A stretch of 64,000 nucleotides of DNA from an uncultured Clostridium sp. (lineage in GTDB: Bacteria; Bacillota; Clostridia; TANB77; CAG-508). This document shows, piece after piece, positions 1-10,025 of this stretch (its first letter is position 1; each line of letters opens with the position of its first letter). The notes beneath the pieces were generated by a model that saw only the letters and a program-made list of their open reading frames with translations, was not told the DNA's origin and did no database searches. Made by a program: the position numbers and the translations under genes. The stretch lies in assembly GCA_900553225.1 (NCBI GenBank), contig USCV01000001.1:2717-66716 (forward strand). Reading direction: 5' to 3'.

Positions 1-225
1 TATCTTCCAAAAGAAAAAGAAGATATGGGAGAGTATTATAAGTACATAATAAATGTAAAGCCTGGATTAACTGGACCATGGCAAATTGCAGGTCGTTCAA
101 ATCTTATATTTGAAGATAGATTAAAATTAGATGAAGAATATGCAAGCAGATGTGGAAATAAAAGAGATATAGTAATAATATTAAAAACATTTAAAAAAGT
201 ATTTGAAAAAGAAGGAGCAATATAA
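1..225 (+). CDS. C-terminal end of a bacterial sugar transferase (polyprenyl glycosyl-phosphotransferase, WbaP/CpsE/EpsL family); 5' part lies upstream of the window
   Basis: Open frame runs to position 1. Tail ...VKPGLTGPWQIAGRSNLIFEDRLKLDEEYASRCGNKRDIVIILKTFKKV matches the conserved C-terminal block of this family. Confidence 0.75.
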   Translation, partial: YLPKEKEDMGEYYKYIINVKPGLTGPWQIAGRSNLIFEDRLKLDEEYASRCGNKRDIVIILKTFKKVFEKEGAI

Positions 226-1017
226 TTGAAAAACGTAAAGATAATAGTAGCATCTCATAAAGAATATCAGATGCCAAAAGATGATATGTATTTGCCAGTA
301 CAAGTTGGGGCTGAAGGAAAACAAATTATAAAAGGCTATAAACAAGACAATCAAGGAGAAAATATTTCTATAAAGAATCCATATTTTTGTGAATTAACAG
401 GTTTATACTGGGCTTGGAAAAATTTAGATGCAGATTATATTGGACTTGTTCATTATAGAAGATATTTTGCAATTAAAAGTAAGAAAGTAAAGACTGAAAA
501 TGAAAGATTTAATATTGTTTTAGAAAAAAATGAGGTAAATGAAATTTTAAAAAATACAGATGTAATTTTACCAAAACAGAGAAATTATTATATAGAAAAC
601 TTGTATAATCATTATAAACACACAATGTATATTGAACCATTAGATGAAACTAAAAAAATAATCGAAAAAAAATATCCGGATTATTTAATAGAATTTGAAA
701 AGTTACATACAAGAAAAAAAGCACATATGTTTAATATGTTCATAATGAAAAAAGAAATATTAAATCAGTATTGTACTTGGCTTTTCGATATTTTATTTGA
801 ATTGGAAAAGAAAGTAGATAGTTCAAAATATGATAACTTTCATAGTAGATTTTACGGAAGAATTTCTGAACTATTATTAGATGTTTGGATTAATACAAAC
901 AAAATAAAATATGAAGAAGTAAAAGTTATAGATATGCAAAATGTAAACTGGTGGAAAAAGGGCTTTTCTTTTTTAAAGGCAAAATTTACAGGCAAAAAGT
1001 ATGAAAAGAGTTTTTAG
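226..1017 (+). CDS. DUF4422-family protein (glycosyltransferase-like, common in capsule/EPS loci)
   Basis: TTG start 7 nt after a GAAGGAG RBS. MKNVKIIVASHKEY...CELTGLYWAWKNL.ADYIGLVHYRRYF is the hallmark of the family. Confidence 0.75.
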   Translation: MKNVKIIVASHKEYQMPKDDMYLPVQVGAEGKQIIKGYKQDNQGENISIKNPYFCELTGLYWAWKNLDADYIGLVHYRRYFAIKSKKVKTENERFNIVLEKNEVNEILKNTDVILPKQRNYYIENLYNHYKHTMYIEPLDETKKIIEKKYPDYLIEFEKLHTRKKAHMFNMFIMKKEILNQYCTWLFDILFELEKKVDSSKYDNFHSRFYGRISELLLDVWINTNKIKYEEVKVIDMQNVNWWKKGFSFLKAKFTGKKYEKSF

Positions 1018-1366
1018 AAAGAAGAAAACTATTAAGTATATTATATATTTATTTTATAGACTTCAAATGTGTAAACAGTAACTATAAAAAATTGAAAGTT
1101 GGAGTGGAAAAACCTAGGAAGTTTCTACTTCAACTTTTATATTATTCAATAAAGTGATAATTGTTTATATTCAATAATAAAATTCTAATTTTTAAATGTT
1201 TTAGTTTTTTAAACAATAAAAATTAAAAAAAATGAAAAATGTATTGAAAAAAATGTATTTTAATAGTATAGTATGAAAAGTATAGTCTGAAAATGTTCAT
1301 ATATAATTTTTGATATACAAATTAAAAGAAAGGAACTATGTAAGGAAAAATTACATAGGTAAGCAA

Positions 1367-2449
1367 ATGGGAAAACATAGTATAGAAAACAAAAGAAATG
1401 AAAGAGTAAAAACTACAAAGAAAAAAAGTGGGTTCTTAAAATTTTTAAAAGTATTAGGAATTATTATTCTAATTCTAATATTAATTCTAGTTGGAGTTGG
1501 AATTGGAGGATATATATATATAAACAACAGATTAGGAACAATGAATTATGTTCATATAAATAAAGATGATATAGAAATAAATGAGGGTGTAGAAGAGTCA
1601 CTAAATGGCTATAGAACAATAGCACTTTTTGGTGTGGATAGCAGAGAAGAACAATTAGAAAAGGGAACAAGAAGTGACTGTATAATGCTTGCTGTAATAG
1701 ATCAAAAAAATAAAAAAGTTAATTTAGTTTCCGTATACAGAGATACGTATTTACAAATTCCAGGAAGAGGATTAGATAAAGTAACACATGCATATGCGTA
1801 CGGTGGACCGGCATTATCATTAAGTACATTAAATTCAAATTTAGATTTAAATATTACAGAATTTGCTACGGTAAACTTTGATTCTCTAGTAGATATTGTA
1901 AATGCAGTAGGTGGAATAAAAATAAATATATCATCAGAAGAAAAAAAATATATAAATGATTATATAGATGCAACATCACAAATTGTAGGAAAATCATCAT
2001 CACATATATCACAAGCAGGAACACAGACATTAGATGGTGTACAGGCTGTTGCATATTCAAGAATTAGATATACTGCAGGTGGAGATTACAAAAGAACAGA
2101 AAGAATGAGAACAGTATTAATGGCAATAGCTGATAAAGCAAAAACAATGAATGTTTCGCAATTAAACAATCTAGCAAATATAATATTACCAAAAGTTTAT
2201 ACAAACATAAAATCAGATGAGTTATTATCTCTTCTACCACAAGCTGCAACATATTCATTCTCAGATAGTATAGGCTGGCCTTATGAAACTAAAGGCATAA
2301 CTTTAGACAGATGGTATGGAGTTCCTGTAACACTACAGGAAAATGTAAAGAAATTACATAAAGAAGTGTTTGGACAAACAGATTATGAAGTTTCAAATAA
2401 AGTAAAGACAATCAGTGAATCAATAGTAAAGAAGACAGGATACAAATAA
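1367..2449 (+). CDS. LytR-CpsA-Psr (LCP) family polymer-to-peptidoglycan ligase
   Basis: Short cytoplasmic tail and one TM helix. The LCP core has ALFGVDSRE...RSDCIMLAVID...VSVYRDTYLQIPGRG...NVGGI. The alternative TTG start at 1310 lacks an RBS. Confidence 0.8.
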   Translation: MGKHSIENKRNERVKTTKKKSGFLKFLKVLGIIILILILILVGVGIGGYIYINNRLGTMNYVHINKDDIEINEGVEESLNGYRTIALFGVDSREEQLEKGTRSDCIMLAVIDQKNKKVNLVSVYRDTYLQIPGRGLDKVTHAYAYGGPALSLSTLNSNLDLNITEFATVNFDSLVDIVNAVGGIKINISSEEKKYINDYIDATSQIVGKSSSHISQAGTQTLDGVQAVAYSRIRYTAGGDYKRTERMRTVLMAIADKAKTMNVSQLNNLANIILPKVYTNIKSDELLSLLPQAATYSFSDSIGWPYETKGITLDRWYGVPVTLQENVKKLHKEVFGQTDYEVSNKVKTISESIVKKTGYK

Positions 2450-2474
2450 AACTGGAATATATAAATTCAGAAGT

Positions 2475-2857
2475 ATGGTGCAGAATGCTGAAGATATGAT
2501 TGCTGAATTTACAGAGGAACAAAAAAAGAATTTAGAGAAAAGTACAAACTCCAAGACGATCCTAGAGTTACTAAGATTGGAAAAATTTTTAGAAAAACAT
2601 CATTAGATGAATTACCACAAATTTTAAACATATTGAAAGGCGATTTATCAATTATCGGACCTCGACTAGTAATAAAAAGGAAATTTGAAAAAAGAATTGA
2701 TCCAAGCAAATATGATAGTTTCCATGCTAGGCATTTAGGAAGAATAAGCGAAAAACTTTTAGATGTGTGGATTAATACAAAAGGATATAATTATAAAGAA
2801 GTTAAGTTTATGAGCATTCAGAAAGTAAATTGGTGGAAAAAAAGATGTCTTTTTTGA
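2475..2857 (+). pseudogene. Gene remnant: internal fragment of a sugar transferase (..QDDPRVTKIGKIFRKTSLDELPQILNILKGDLSIIGPR) with a poly-A frameshift, fused in frame to the last ~55 aa of a DUF4422 protein
   Basis: Translation of two frames either side of the A7 tract near 2519-2527 gives AEDMIAEFTEEQKK / EFREKYKLQDDPRVT..GPR. It then continues as RIDPSKYDSFHARHLGRISEKLLDVWINT..VNWWKK, about 60% identical to the C-terminus of the intact DUF4422 at 226..1017. Confidence 0.7.
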
Positions 2858-2908
2858 TGTAAAAAGTTACAGAAAAAAATATGAGAAGAGTTTTTAAAGG
2901 GGAAAATT

Positions 2909-3820
2909 ATGGAAAATACCAATAAATCTATGCATAAATTAAAAAATGAAAAGTTAATAGAATTATCAATGAAAGATATAAAAATTATACAAAGTTGTAT
3001 TCTGAATATGATAAAAGAATTAGATGAAATATTTAAGAAAAACAATATAACTTATTATTTAGGGGGTGGAAGTGCTTTAGGAGCTATTAGACATCAAGGT
3101 TTTATTCCATGGGATGAAGATATGGATATTAATATGACTAGAAAAGATTGTGAAAAATTAATTGAAATATATAAAAATACTCCAGAATTTAATAAAAAGT
3201 ATTATATATGTGAAAACTCCTATGACAATGAATTTGATGTTAACTTCTTAAGAATAAAACTAAAAGGTACATCATTTAAAGAATATTTATACGAGGATTA
3301 TAGCAAAGATGGGGTATTTATTGATATTTTTCCTGTTGAAAATATGTTTGATAATCTGATTATAAGGAATTTACATGGAATATTAATAACAGCAATGCTT
3401 TTTGTAACATCTTGCGTACGCATTTACAAGAAAAAGACAAAATATTTGAGTTTTAAAGGCAATAAGAAATATACTAAGACAATAAAAATCAAAGCATTTA
3501 TAGGAAAAATATTTTCTATAATAAATTTTAATACCTGGTTAAGAATTTCTAAAAATATAATGTCAATGTGTAAAAATGAAAATTCTAAATATATATCTGT
3601 TCCAACAGGAAAAAAACATTTTTGGGGAGAAATGTATGAACGAAAGGATATATTGCCAACTAAATATGAAATATTTGAAAATATAAAATTGCCTGTTGCC
3701 CAAAATAATGATAAATATATGACTAATATGTTTGGAGATTATATGAAAATCCCAAGACCGGAAGATAGAGAGAAGCATTTTATTTGTGAATGGAAAATTG
3801 GAGGAATAAGAGATGAGTAA
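2909..3820 (+). CDS. licD: LicD-family phosphotransferase (phosphocholine / alditol-phosphate transferase, nucleotidyltransferase fold)
   Basis: YYLGGGSALGAIRHQGFIPWDEDMDINMTRKD matches the LicD core motif. Confidence 0.8.
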   Translation: MENTNKSMHKLKNEKLIELSMKDIKIIQSCILNMIKELDEIFKKNNITYYLGGGSALGAIRHQGFIPWDEDMDINMTRKDCEKLIEIYKNTPEFNKKYYICENSYDNEFDVNFLRIKLKGTSFKEYLYEDYSKDGVFIDIFPVENMFDNLIIRNLHGILITAMLFVTSCVRIYKKKTKYLSFKGNKKYTKTIKIKAFIGKIFSIINFNTWLRISKNIMSMCKNENSKYISVPTGKKHFWGEMYERKDILPTKYEIFENIKLPVAQNNDKYMTNMFGDYMKIPRPEDREKHFICEWKIGGIRDE

Positions 3821-4823
3821 AATATTAACGATTTCAGTTGCAGCATATAATGTTGAAAACTATATATCAAATACATTAGAATCTTTATTAGTAGACGATA
3901 TAGATGATATTGAAATTTTAGTTGAAGATGATGGCGGAATAGATAATACTGCTAATATAGTAAAGGAATATGAAGAAAAATATCCTAATGTAGTAAAACT
4001 AATACATAAAGAAAATGGAGGATATGGCTCAACGATAAACAAAAGTTTAGAAATTGCTACGGGAAAATACTTTAAGCAATTAGATGGTGATGATTGGTAT
4101 GATTCTAATAATTTTAAAAAGTTTTTAGAATTATTAAGAAATATCGATACAGATGTTGTTTACACACCATACAAAGAGTTTTATGAAAACAAAAAAAAAT
4201 ATATATTAAAAGATTTTTTTAGTAATAAATTCGAAAAAGAATATGACATAGAAGATATAATATTAGAAGCAACTCATCATTTAAATATGTATACAGTTTG
4301 TTATAAAACAGAAATTCTAAAAAAAAGCAAATTGAAACTATTAGAAAAGTGTTTTTATACAGATACTCAATATGCAATGTATCCAATAGCTTCTGCTAAT
4401 ACTATATATATAACTCATTACCCTATATATGTATATAGATTAGGAAATGAAGGACAAAGTGTAAGCTTAAATGGTGCTATTAAGCATTATCAGGATCATA
4501 TAAAAGTCTCGAAAGATATAATTAATTTTTATAATGATAATAAATTTAGTGAAAATAAAAGAAAATATTTATTGAATTATGCTGCAAGTCATGTTGCTAA
4601 TACAATTTCTGGATTTTATATGGTATTGGAAACTGATAAACAAAATCTAAAACAAATAAAAGAGTTTAAAGATTATGTACTACAAAATAACAAAGATATT
4701 TATAACGAGTTATCTAGCAAAAGTAAAATAGTAAAAATTCTTGGAAAAACAAACTACAATTATATTGTATATGTGATTATATCTAAATTAAAGAGAAACA
4801 AAATGAAAAATAAATATAAATAA
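3813..4823 (+). CDS. Family 2 glycosyltransferase (GT-A)
   Basis: N-terminal ISVAAYNVENYISNTLESL...VEDDGGIDNT...QLDGDDW (DxD). Overlaps the upstream stop. Confidence 0.75.
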   Translation: MSKILTISVAAYNVENYISNTLESLLVDDIDDIEILVEDDGGIDNTANIVKEYEEKYPNVVKLIHKENGGYGSTINKSLEIATGKYFKQLDGDDWYDSNNFKKFLELLRNIDTDVVYTPYKEFYENKKKYILKDFFSNKFEKEYDIEDIILEATHHLNMYTVCYKTEILKKSKLKLLEKCFYTDTQYAMYPIASANTIYITHYPIYVYRLGNEGQSVSLNGAIKHYQDHIKVSKDIINFYNDNKFSENKRKYLLNYAASHVANTISGFYMVLETDKQNLKQIKEFKDYVLQNNKDIYNELSSKSKIVKILGKTNYNYIVYVIISKLKRNKMKNKYK

Positions 4824-4878
4824 TTTACTTAGAAAGAAAGGGGAGTACAATATAAAAGAATATTGTACAAAATTATTA

Positions 4879-5607
4879 ATGAATATAGCAATAATATTTG
4901 CAGGTGGTACAGGAAAAAGAATGAAAACAAACGGTACACCAAAACAGTTTCTAGAAATAGACGAAGTTCCAATAATTATACATACATTAAATATATTTGA
5001 AAATGCAAAAAGCATAGATGCAATTGTAATAGCGTGTATAAGTTCGCATATTGAATATTTAAGAAAAATTGTAAAAAAGTTTGAAATCTCTAAAGTAAAA
5101 TTAATTGTAAAAGGTGGAAAAACTGGACAAGAATCAATTATAAATGGACTAAAGGCAGCAGAAAAGATAAAAGAAGGTGATAAAGATATAGTTCTAATAC
5201 ATGATGGAGTTAGACCTATAATTGACGAAAAATTAATTGACAGTAATATTGAAAATGTAAAAAAGTATGGTACTTCAATAAGTTGCTTAAAGCAAAGAGA
5301 AACAACAGCTATTTCAGTATGTCACGATAAAATTGAAAAAATAACTGATAGAGAAAACACTTATATAGCAAGGGCTCCACAAACGTTTTATTTAAAAGAT
5401 ATTTTAGATGCAGAAGAAAAGTCAATGAAAAATAATGATTTAAACTGCATTGATTCATGTAGTGTAATGATGAAATACGGAAAGTATAAACAACCACATA
5501 TTACTGAATGTTTAAATGACAACATAAAGATTACAACTCCAGAAGATTATTATATAGCTCAAGCTTTGCTTAAACAAAGGAAAAATAAGGAAGTATGGGG
5601 GATCTAA
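4879..5607 (+). CDS. IspD/TarI-like cytidylyltransferase (CDP-alditol, likely CDP-ribitol, pyrophosphorylase)
   Basis: MNIAIIFAGGTGKRM...PKQFLEI..PIIIHTL matches the IspD/TarI family. Sits in a capsule/teichoic-acid context next to an SDR and LicD. Confidence 0.65.
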   Translation: MNIAIIFAGGTGKRMKTNGTPKQFLEIDEVPIIIHTLNIFENAKSIDAIVIACISSHIEYLRKIVKKFEISKVKLIVKGGKTGQESIINGLKAAEKIKEGDKDIVLIHDGVRPIIDEKLIDSNIENVKKYGTSISCLKQRETTAISVCHDKIEKITDRENTYIARAPQTFYLKDILDAEEKSMKNNDLNCIDSCSVMMKYGKYKQPHITECLNDNIKITTPEDYYIAQALLKQRKNKEVWGI

Positions 5608-5608
5608 G

Positions 5609-6649
5609 ATGAATTCTATTTTAAAGCAGGACTTAGAAGAAATAATTCATACATCAATTATTGATTGGAATAAATTACAAGATAAATCAATTTTAGTAAC
5701 TGGTGCAACCGGACTTATTGGTTCTATCTTAGTAAAATCGCTTTTATTAAAGAATAAACAAGATAATTTAAATTCAAAAGTGTTTTTAGTTGTTAGAAAT
5801 CTAGATGAGGCAAATGAGATTTTTGAAAATGAAGATAGTATAAACTATATAGTTTCAGATATTAAAGATTATGAGCCTAAAGCTCTAAATATAGATTACA
5901 TAATACATGGTGCTTCACCAACTAAATCTAGATTTTTTATTGAAAAACCAGTAGAGACAATGGATATTTCAATAATTGGGACTAAAAAAATTTTAGAACA
6001 AGCTAAAATATGTAATGTTAAATCTATGGTATATTTATCATCTATGGAAATGTATGGAGTTTTAAACTCTAATGATGTACAAGAAGACGTACAAGGATTT
6101 ATAGATCCTTTAAACATTAGAAGCTCTTATTCCCAGAGTAAAAGAATATGCGAGTTATACAGTTATAGCTATTATGATGAATATAATGTACCAGTAAAAA
6201 TTGCTAGAATAGCTCAAACGTTTGGTGCGGGAATAAGCAGTAAAGAAAGTAGAGTATTTAAGGCATTTGCAGATTCAATATTAAAACAACAAGACATAAT
6301 TTTAAAATCAGAAGGTTCTTCGTCAATCAATTTTTCATATACAACTGATACAGTTATAGGAATACTGTGTATATTATTAAATGGAAAAAATGGTGAAGCA
6401 TATAATTTGGTATCTAATGCAACTAATATGACAATTTTAGATAGTGCAAAGTGGTTAGCACAAAAGTATGGGAAAGGGTTAGTTAATGTGAAAATACAAA
6501 TATCAAAAAAGAATTTTGGTTTTGCTCCCAATAATAATATGATACTAAATAATAAAAAAATCAAATCTATAGGCTGGAGACCTAAATATGATTTAAAACA
6601 AGGCTATGATAGATTGTTAAAATATTTGGAAGAGGAGGAGAATAATTAA
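5609..6649 (+). CDS. NAD(P)-dependent epimerase/dehydratase-family SDR (candidate ribulose-5-P/ketose-phosphate reductase partner of the cytidylyltransferase)
   Basis: N-terminal Rossmann motif ILVTGATGLIGS and an extended SDR length. Start overlaps the stop of the upstream gene (ATGA-type coupling). The arrangement resembles the Bcs1-type two-domain enzyme. Confidence 0.6.
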   Translation: MNSILKQDLEEIIHTSIIDWNKLQDKSILVTGATGLIGSILVKSLLLKNKQDNLNSKVFLVVRNLDEANEIFENEDSINYIVSDIKDYEPKALNIDYIIHGASPTKSRFFIEKPVETMDISIIGTKKILEQAKICNVKSMVYLSSMEMYGVLNSNDVQEDVQGFIDPLNIRSSYSQSKRICELYSYSYYDEYNVPVKIARIAQTFGAGISSKESRVFKAFADSILKQQDIILKSEGSSSINFSYTTDTVIGILCILLNGKNGEAYNLVSNATNMTILDSAKWLAQKYGKGLVNVKIQISKKNFGFAPNNNMILNNKKIKSIGWRPKYDLKQGYDRLLKYLEEEENN

Positions 6650-6652
6650 AAA

Positions 6653-7894
6653 ATGATAAAGAAATTAAAAAGTTTTGTTTTAAATAATTTTTTGATATTG
6701 TTTACAATATATTATTGTACTCTTTTTCTTGATACCTCTTCGTTAGAAATAGATTATCCTCCTATAGAGATAATTTCTAAGATTATAAGGTATGCAATAT
6801 ATATACTTTTATTTATAAGACTAATTTCCATTTTACCTTGTTATAAGGAAGATATAAGTAAAGCTAAGTGGAAAGAAAAGCCTATATTTGTAAAATTTAT
6901 TTATTTTTTAATAATTATAATGATGATAAGTTTAACAATAAATTTTATTACGACTAAAAATAAAAGGATGTTATTTCTAATGCTTCTTTTAATGTCATCA
7001 TATAAGACAGATTATAGAAAAATTATAAAATCTACAATGAATTTACAAATAATTTTAACAAGCATTTTAGTTTTATTATCTATATTGGGAATAACACAGA
7101 ATTATATAGTACCAAGAGGAAAAATTTCAAGATATTCATTAGGATTTGTATATACAACTAATTTAGCTCAGATGATTGCCTTCTCATCGATACTATATTT
7201 ATATAATCAAGGAAGTAAAATAAAAATTAGAGAATTATTTATAATGCAATTAATTAACGCGTTCGCGTATTTTATAACTGACTCAAGAACAGAATTTATA
7301 ATGCTTCAAGTAGTTATAGGACTAGCAATAATGTGGAAGGCATTAAAAAGAATAGATAAGGAAAAAATATTAAAAAATGCTAAAAAAGTATATTCGTATA
7401 TATTTTCTAGAAGTTTTATTATATATCCTATAATAAGTCTTATTATAGTTATGTGTTATCCATCAGGAGGCATATGGAACAATATTAATTCGGCACTTTC
7501 AAATAGATTAAAACAAACTTATGATAATATTGAATATTATGGGATAAGGCCATTTGGCGATGATGTAGAACTATTAGGATTAGGATTAAAAGAAAAAATA
7601 AAATATGGTAGTTATAAAAGTAATTATATAGATAATGAGTATATCCAGATGGTGTTTAAAGAGGGCTATATTTTTGCTATATGTTTTATTATACTAATAA
7701 ATGTATTATTAATTATATTATATAAGAGAAAAAAATATAAAGATGTTATGCTATGTAGCTTATATTTATTATTTGGCTTATTAAACCCAAGAATTGTAAA
7801 TATATTATATTGCCCAATACTTTTTATGATAATTCCAGAGGTTATAGAGTATTGTAAAACAAGTGAAATAAATGTAAACGAAGAAATTTATTGA
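6653..7894 (+). CDS. Polytopic membrane protein, Wzy-like polysaccharide polymerase candidate
   Basis: About 10-12 hydrophobic helices with no soluble domain, located in a Wzx/Wzy-type locus. Confidence 0.45.
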   Translation: MIKKLKSFVLNNFLILFTIYYCTLFLDTSSLEIDYPPIEIISKIIRYAIYILLFIRLISILPCYKEDISKAKWKEKPIFVKFIYFLIIIMMISLTINFITTKNKRMLFLMLLLMSSYKTDYRKIIKSTMNLQIILTSILVLLSILGITQNYIVPRGKISRYSLGFVYTTNLAQMIAFSSILYLYNQGSKIKIRELFIMQLINAFAYFITDSRTEFIMLQVVIGLAIMWKALKRIDKEKILKNAKKVYSYIFSRSFIIYPIISLIIVMCYPSGGIWNNINSALSNRLKQTYDNIEYYGIRPFGDDVELLGLGLKEKIKYGSYKSNYIDNEYIQMVFKEGYIFAICFIILINVLLIILYKRKKYKDVMLCSLYLLFGLLNPRIVNILYCPILFMIIPEVIEYCKTSEINVNEEIY

Positions 7895-8036
7895 TAAAAG
7901 TTCAAATATTATGAAATTGCTTAAAGAACCATTGGAGTATTAATTGATTCTTGAGATATAGATTTATATTTGACTTATTAGACAAAGCAAAATAGAGGAG
8001 AAATATGATGAAAAATGAAGCATTTATGCCTGTTAA

Positions 8037-9083
8037 ATGTTCAGAAAAAATAGTAGAATAGTATATTTTGATATTTTAAATATTTTGTCCATTGTTGCTG
8101 TTATTGCATTACATTGCAATGGAATTGTTCATAATTTTTCAATAAAGTATGTGACCGCATGGTCGACAAGTTTAATAGTGGAATGTATATTTTACTGGGC
8201 AGTACCTGTATTTTTAATGCTATCCGGTGCTAACTTGATGAAATATAGAGAAAGATATAGCACAGTGGACTATTTTAAAAAAAGATTTATTAAAATAGTC
8301 ATTCCATTTATATTTTGGGCTAGCGTAATGTTAATATGGAAAAAGTGCACTGGACAGTTAAAAATAGATAATATGTCTGTAAAAACATTATTAAATATAT
8401 TCTTTTCAAACAAGGAAGAAAATACATATTATTTTATTTTTTTAATATTAGGTATATATATAACAATCCCTACATTATCTATATTAGCCAAGGAAGAGTA
8501 TAGAACTATTTGCTGGTATACTGTTTATGGAATCTTTATAACACAATCAGTCTTGCCGATTGTGTTGAAATTGCTTGGAATAAATTATAATAATTTATTA
8601 TCTATTCAAATTGGTGGATATATAATATTTGTCTTATTAGGGTATTTACTATCAACTCAAAATTTAACTAAAAAACAAAGAATAGAATTATATTGTTTGG
8701 CAATATTATCCATTTTTTTTAGATATAGTATGACATACTTTTGGACTCTATCTTCAAATAAATTAAATAAAACCCTATTTGGTTACACCCAATTTCATTC
8801 TGTATTGTTAGCGACCGGAGTATTTGTGTTTATTAAAAATATTAGATTCAATTATATAATAACTAACGATAAAATTAAAAAAATAATTTCTGATATTGCT
8901 GGATGTAGCTTTGGAATATATTTAATACATATGATTGTTAAATACTATGAAATATTGATATTTAATATTAATATTTACTCATGGCAATGGAGGACACTTG
9001 GAATAATAACTACATATTTAATTTCTTTAGCAATTGTATATGTATTAAAGAAAATACCAATAGTCAGAAAAATTGTTCCATAA
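8037..9083 (+). CDS. Acyltransferase family 3 (OatA/WecH-like membrane O-acyltransferase)
   Basis: YFDILNILSIVAVIALHCNG... with about 10 TM helices. The start is uncertain: a strong RBS plus ATGATG at 8005 opens an 18-codon ORF in another frame that would join via an A6 tract. Confidence 0.6.
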   Translation: MFRKNSRIVYFDILNILSIVAVIALHCNGIVHNFSIKYVTAWSTSLIVECIFYWAVPVFLMLSGANLMKYRERYSTVDYFKKRFIKIVIPFIFWASVMLIWKKCTGQLKIDNMSVKTLLNIFFSNKEENTYYFIFLILGIYITIPTLSILAKEEYRTICWYTVYGIFITQSVLPIVLKLLGINYNNLLSIQIGGYIIFVLLGYLLSTQNLTKKQRIELYCLAILSIFFRYSMTYFWTLSSNKLNKTLFGYTQFHSVLLATGVFVFIKNIRFNYIITNDKIKKIISDIAGCSFGIYLIHMIVKYYEILIFNINIYSWQWRTLGIITTYLISLAIVYVLKKIPIVRKIVP

Positions 9084-9218
9084 GACACTGACAATAAAAA
9101 TAGATGAATTGATTGACAATTGGACTTAAACTATAAATAAAAATTCACCACCAAAATAAAACATGGACATTCACTATAATAATATTAATTTCATAAATTA
9201 TTACGAGGTGATAATTTA

Positions 9219-9740
9219 ATGAACAATGAAGAACTAAACGAAATGTTACATGAATTAGACAATATTCCTTATCCAGAAGTAAAATATGTAGTAAAAAATT
9301 CAAATTATGCTAATATGCTTTATGATGATATGTCAGGAGAACTTGGAGAACTTTCTGCTGTTACACAATATGTATATGAACATATGGATTTATCAGATTT
9401 TAATGTTATTAGTGGAATCATGATACAAATTGCAATTCAAGAAATGAAGCATTTGAATTTTGTTGGGGATCTAATAAAAAGGTTAGGAAAAACGCCATAT
9501 TTTATTGGTAGTAAAGGAAATTGTTGGACTACTGAAAATGTAAAATATAAATTTACGAATTTAGTACATATGATGGAATACAATATTGAAACTGAAAAAG
9601 CAGCAATTGAAGGTTATTCTAAGGCAATCTATTGTACTAGAAATCAAGATATACGTAAACTATTTCAAAGAATCATATTAGATGAAAAAAATCATATAAA
9701 GATTTTTAAAAAAATTATTGAAATGCAAAAAAATGTTTAA
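9219..9740 (+). CDS. CotJC-like / manganese-catalase-family ferritin-like protein
   Basis: YPEVKYVVKNSNYANMLYDDMSGELGELSAVTQYVYEH parallels CotJC YPVKV..NP.LA..L.EQYGG.NGELAA..RYLNQRY. Preceded by a GAGGTGA RBS. Confidence 0.6.
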   Translation: MNNEELNEMLHELDNIPYPEVKYVVKNSNYANMLYDDMSGELGELSAVTQYVYEHMDLSDFNVISGIMIQIAIQEMKHLNFVGDLIKRLGKTPYFIGSKGNCWTTENVKYKFTNLVHMMEYNIETEKAAIEGYSKAIYCTRNQDIRKLFQRIILDEKNHIKIFKKIIEMQKNV

Positions 9741-10025
9741 AAAGAATAAAAATATCTCTTCCTAAATAGAATAAATTATAAGGAGGGGATTTTATTTTGG
9801 ATAAAAAAGAAGTTAGAAATTGGCAAATAGATGTAACTATTTTTAGTATTATTTTGCTATTTGTTTTATTATAGTTTTTTTCTATACAAATACAGGAATT
9901 ATTGGAACTAATTACTAATGAATATGGAATAATACAAAAGTAATACATAAAAATATTAAGTAAATTTGATATAAAAACATTTTAATTTATGATATAATGT
10001 GAAAAAAACAAAGGAGAGTTTTAAT

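Noticed and set aside
1464-2258. Short minus-strand ORFs from the six-frame track (1464..1670, 1866..2060, 2064..2258) antisense to the LCP gene. Similar ones occur at 3563..3778, 26469..26858, 45929..46312, 47526..47834 and elsewhere.
   Set aside because: They are embedded in strongly supported genes on the other strand. Their translations are leucine/phenylalanine-rich low-complexity strings typical of AT-rich antisense frames, and they have no RBS or homology.
8005-8060. Short ORF MMKNEAFMPVKCSEKIVE* as a genuine leader peptide gene.
   Set aside because: It was not rejected outright, but it has no support beyond a good RBS. It is equally explained as the displaced true start of the acyltransferase separated by a 1-nt indel in an A6 tract. 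It is reported as a finding rather than a feature.
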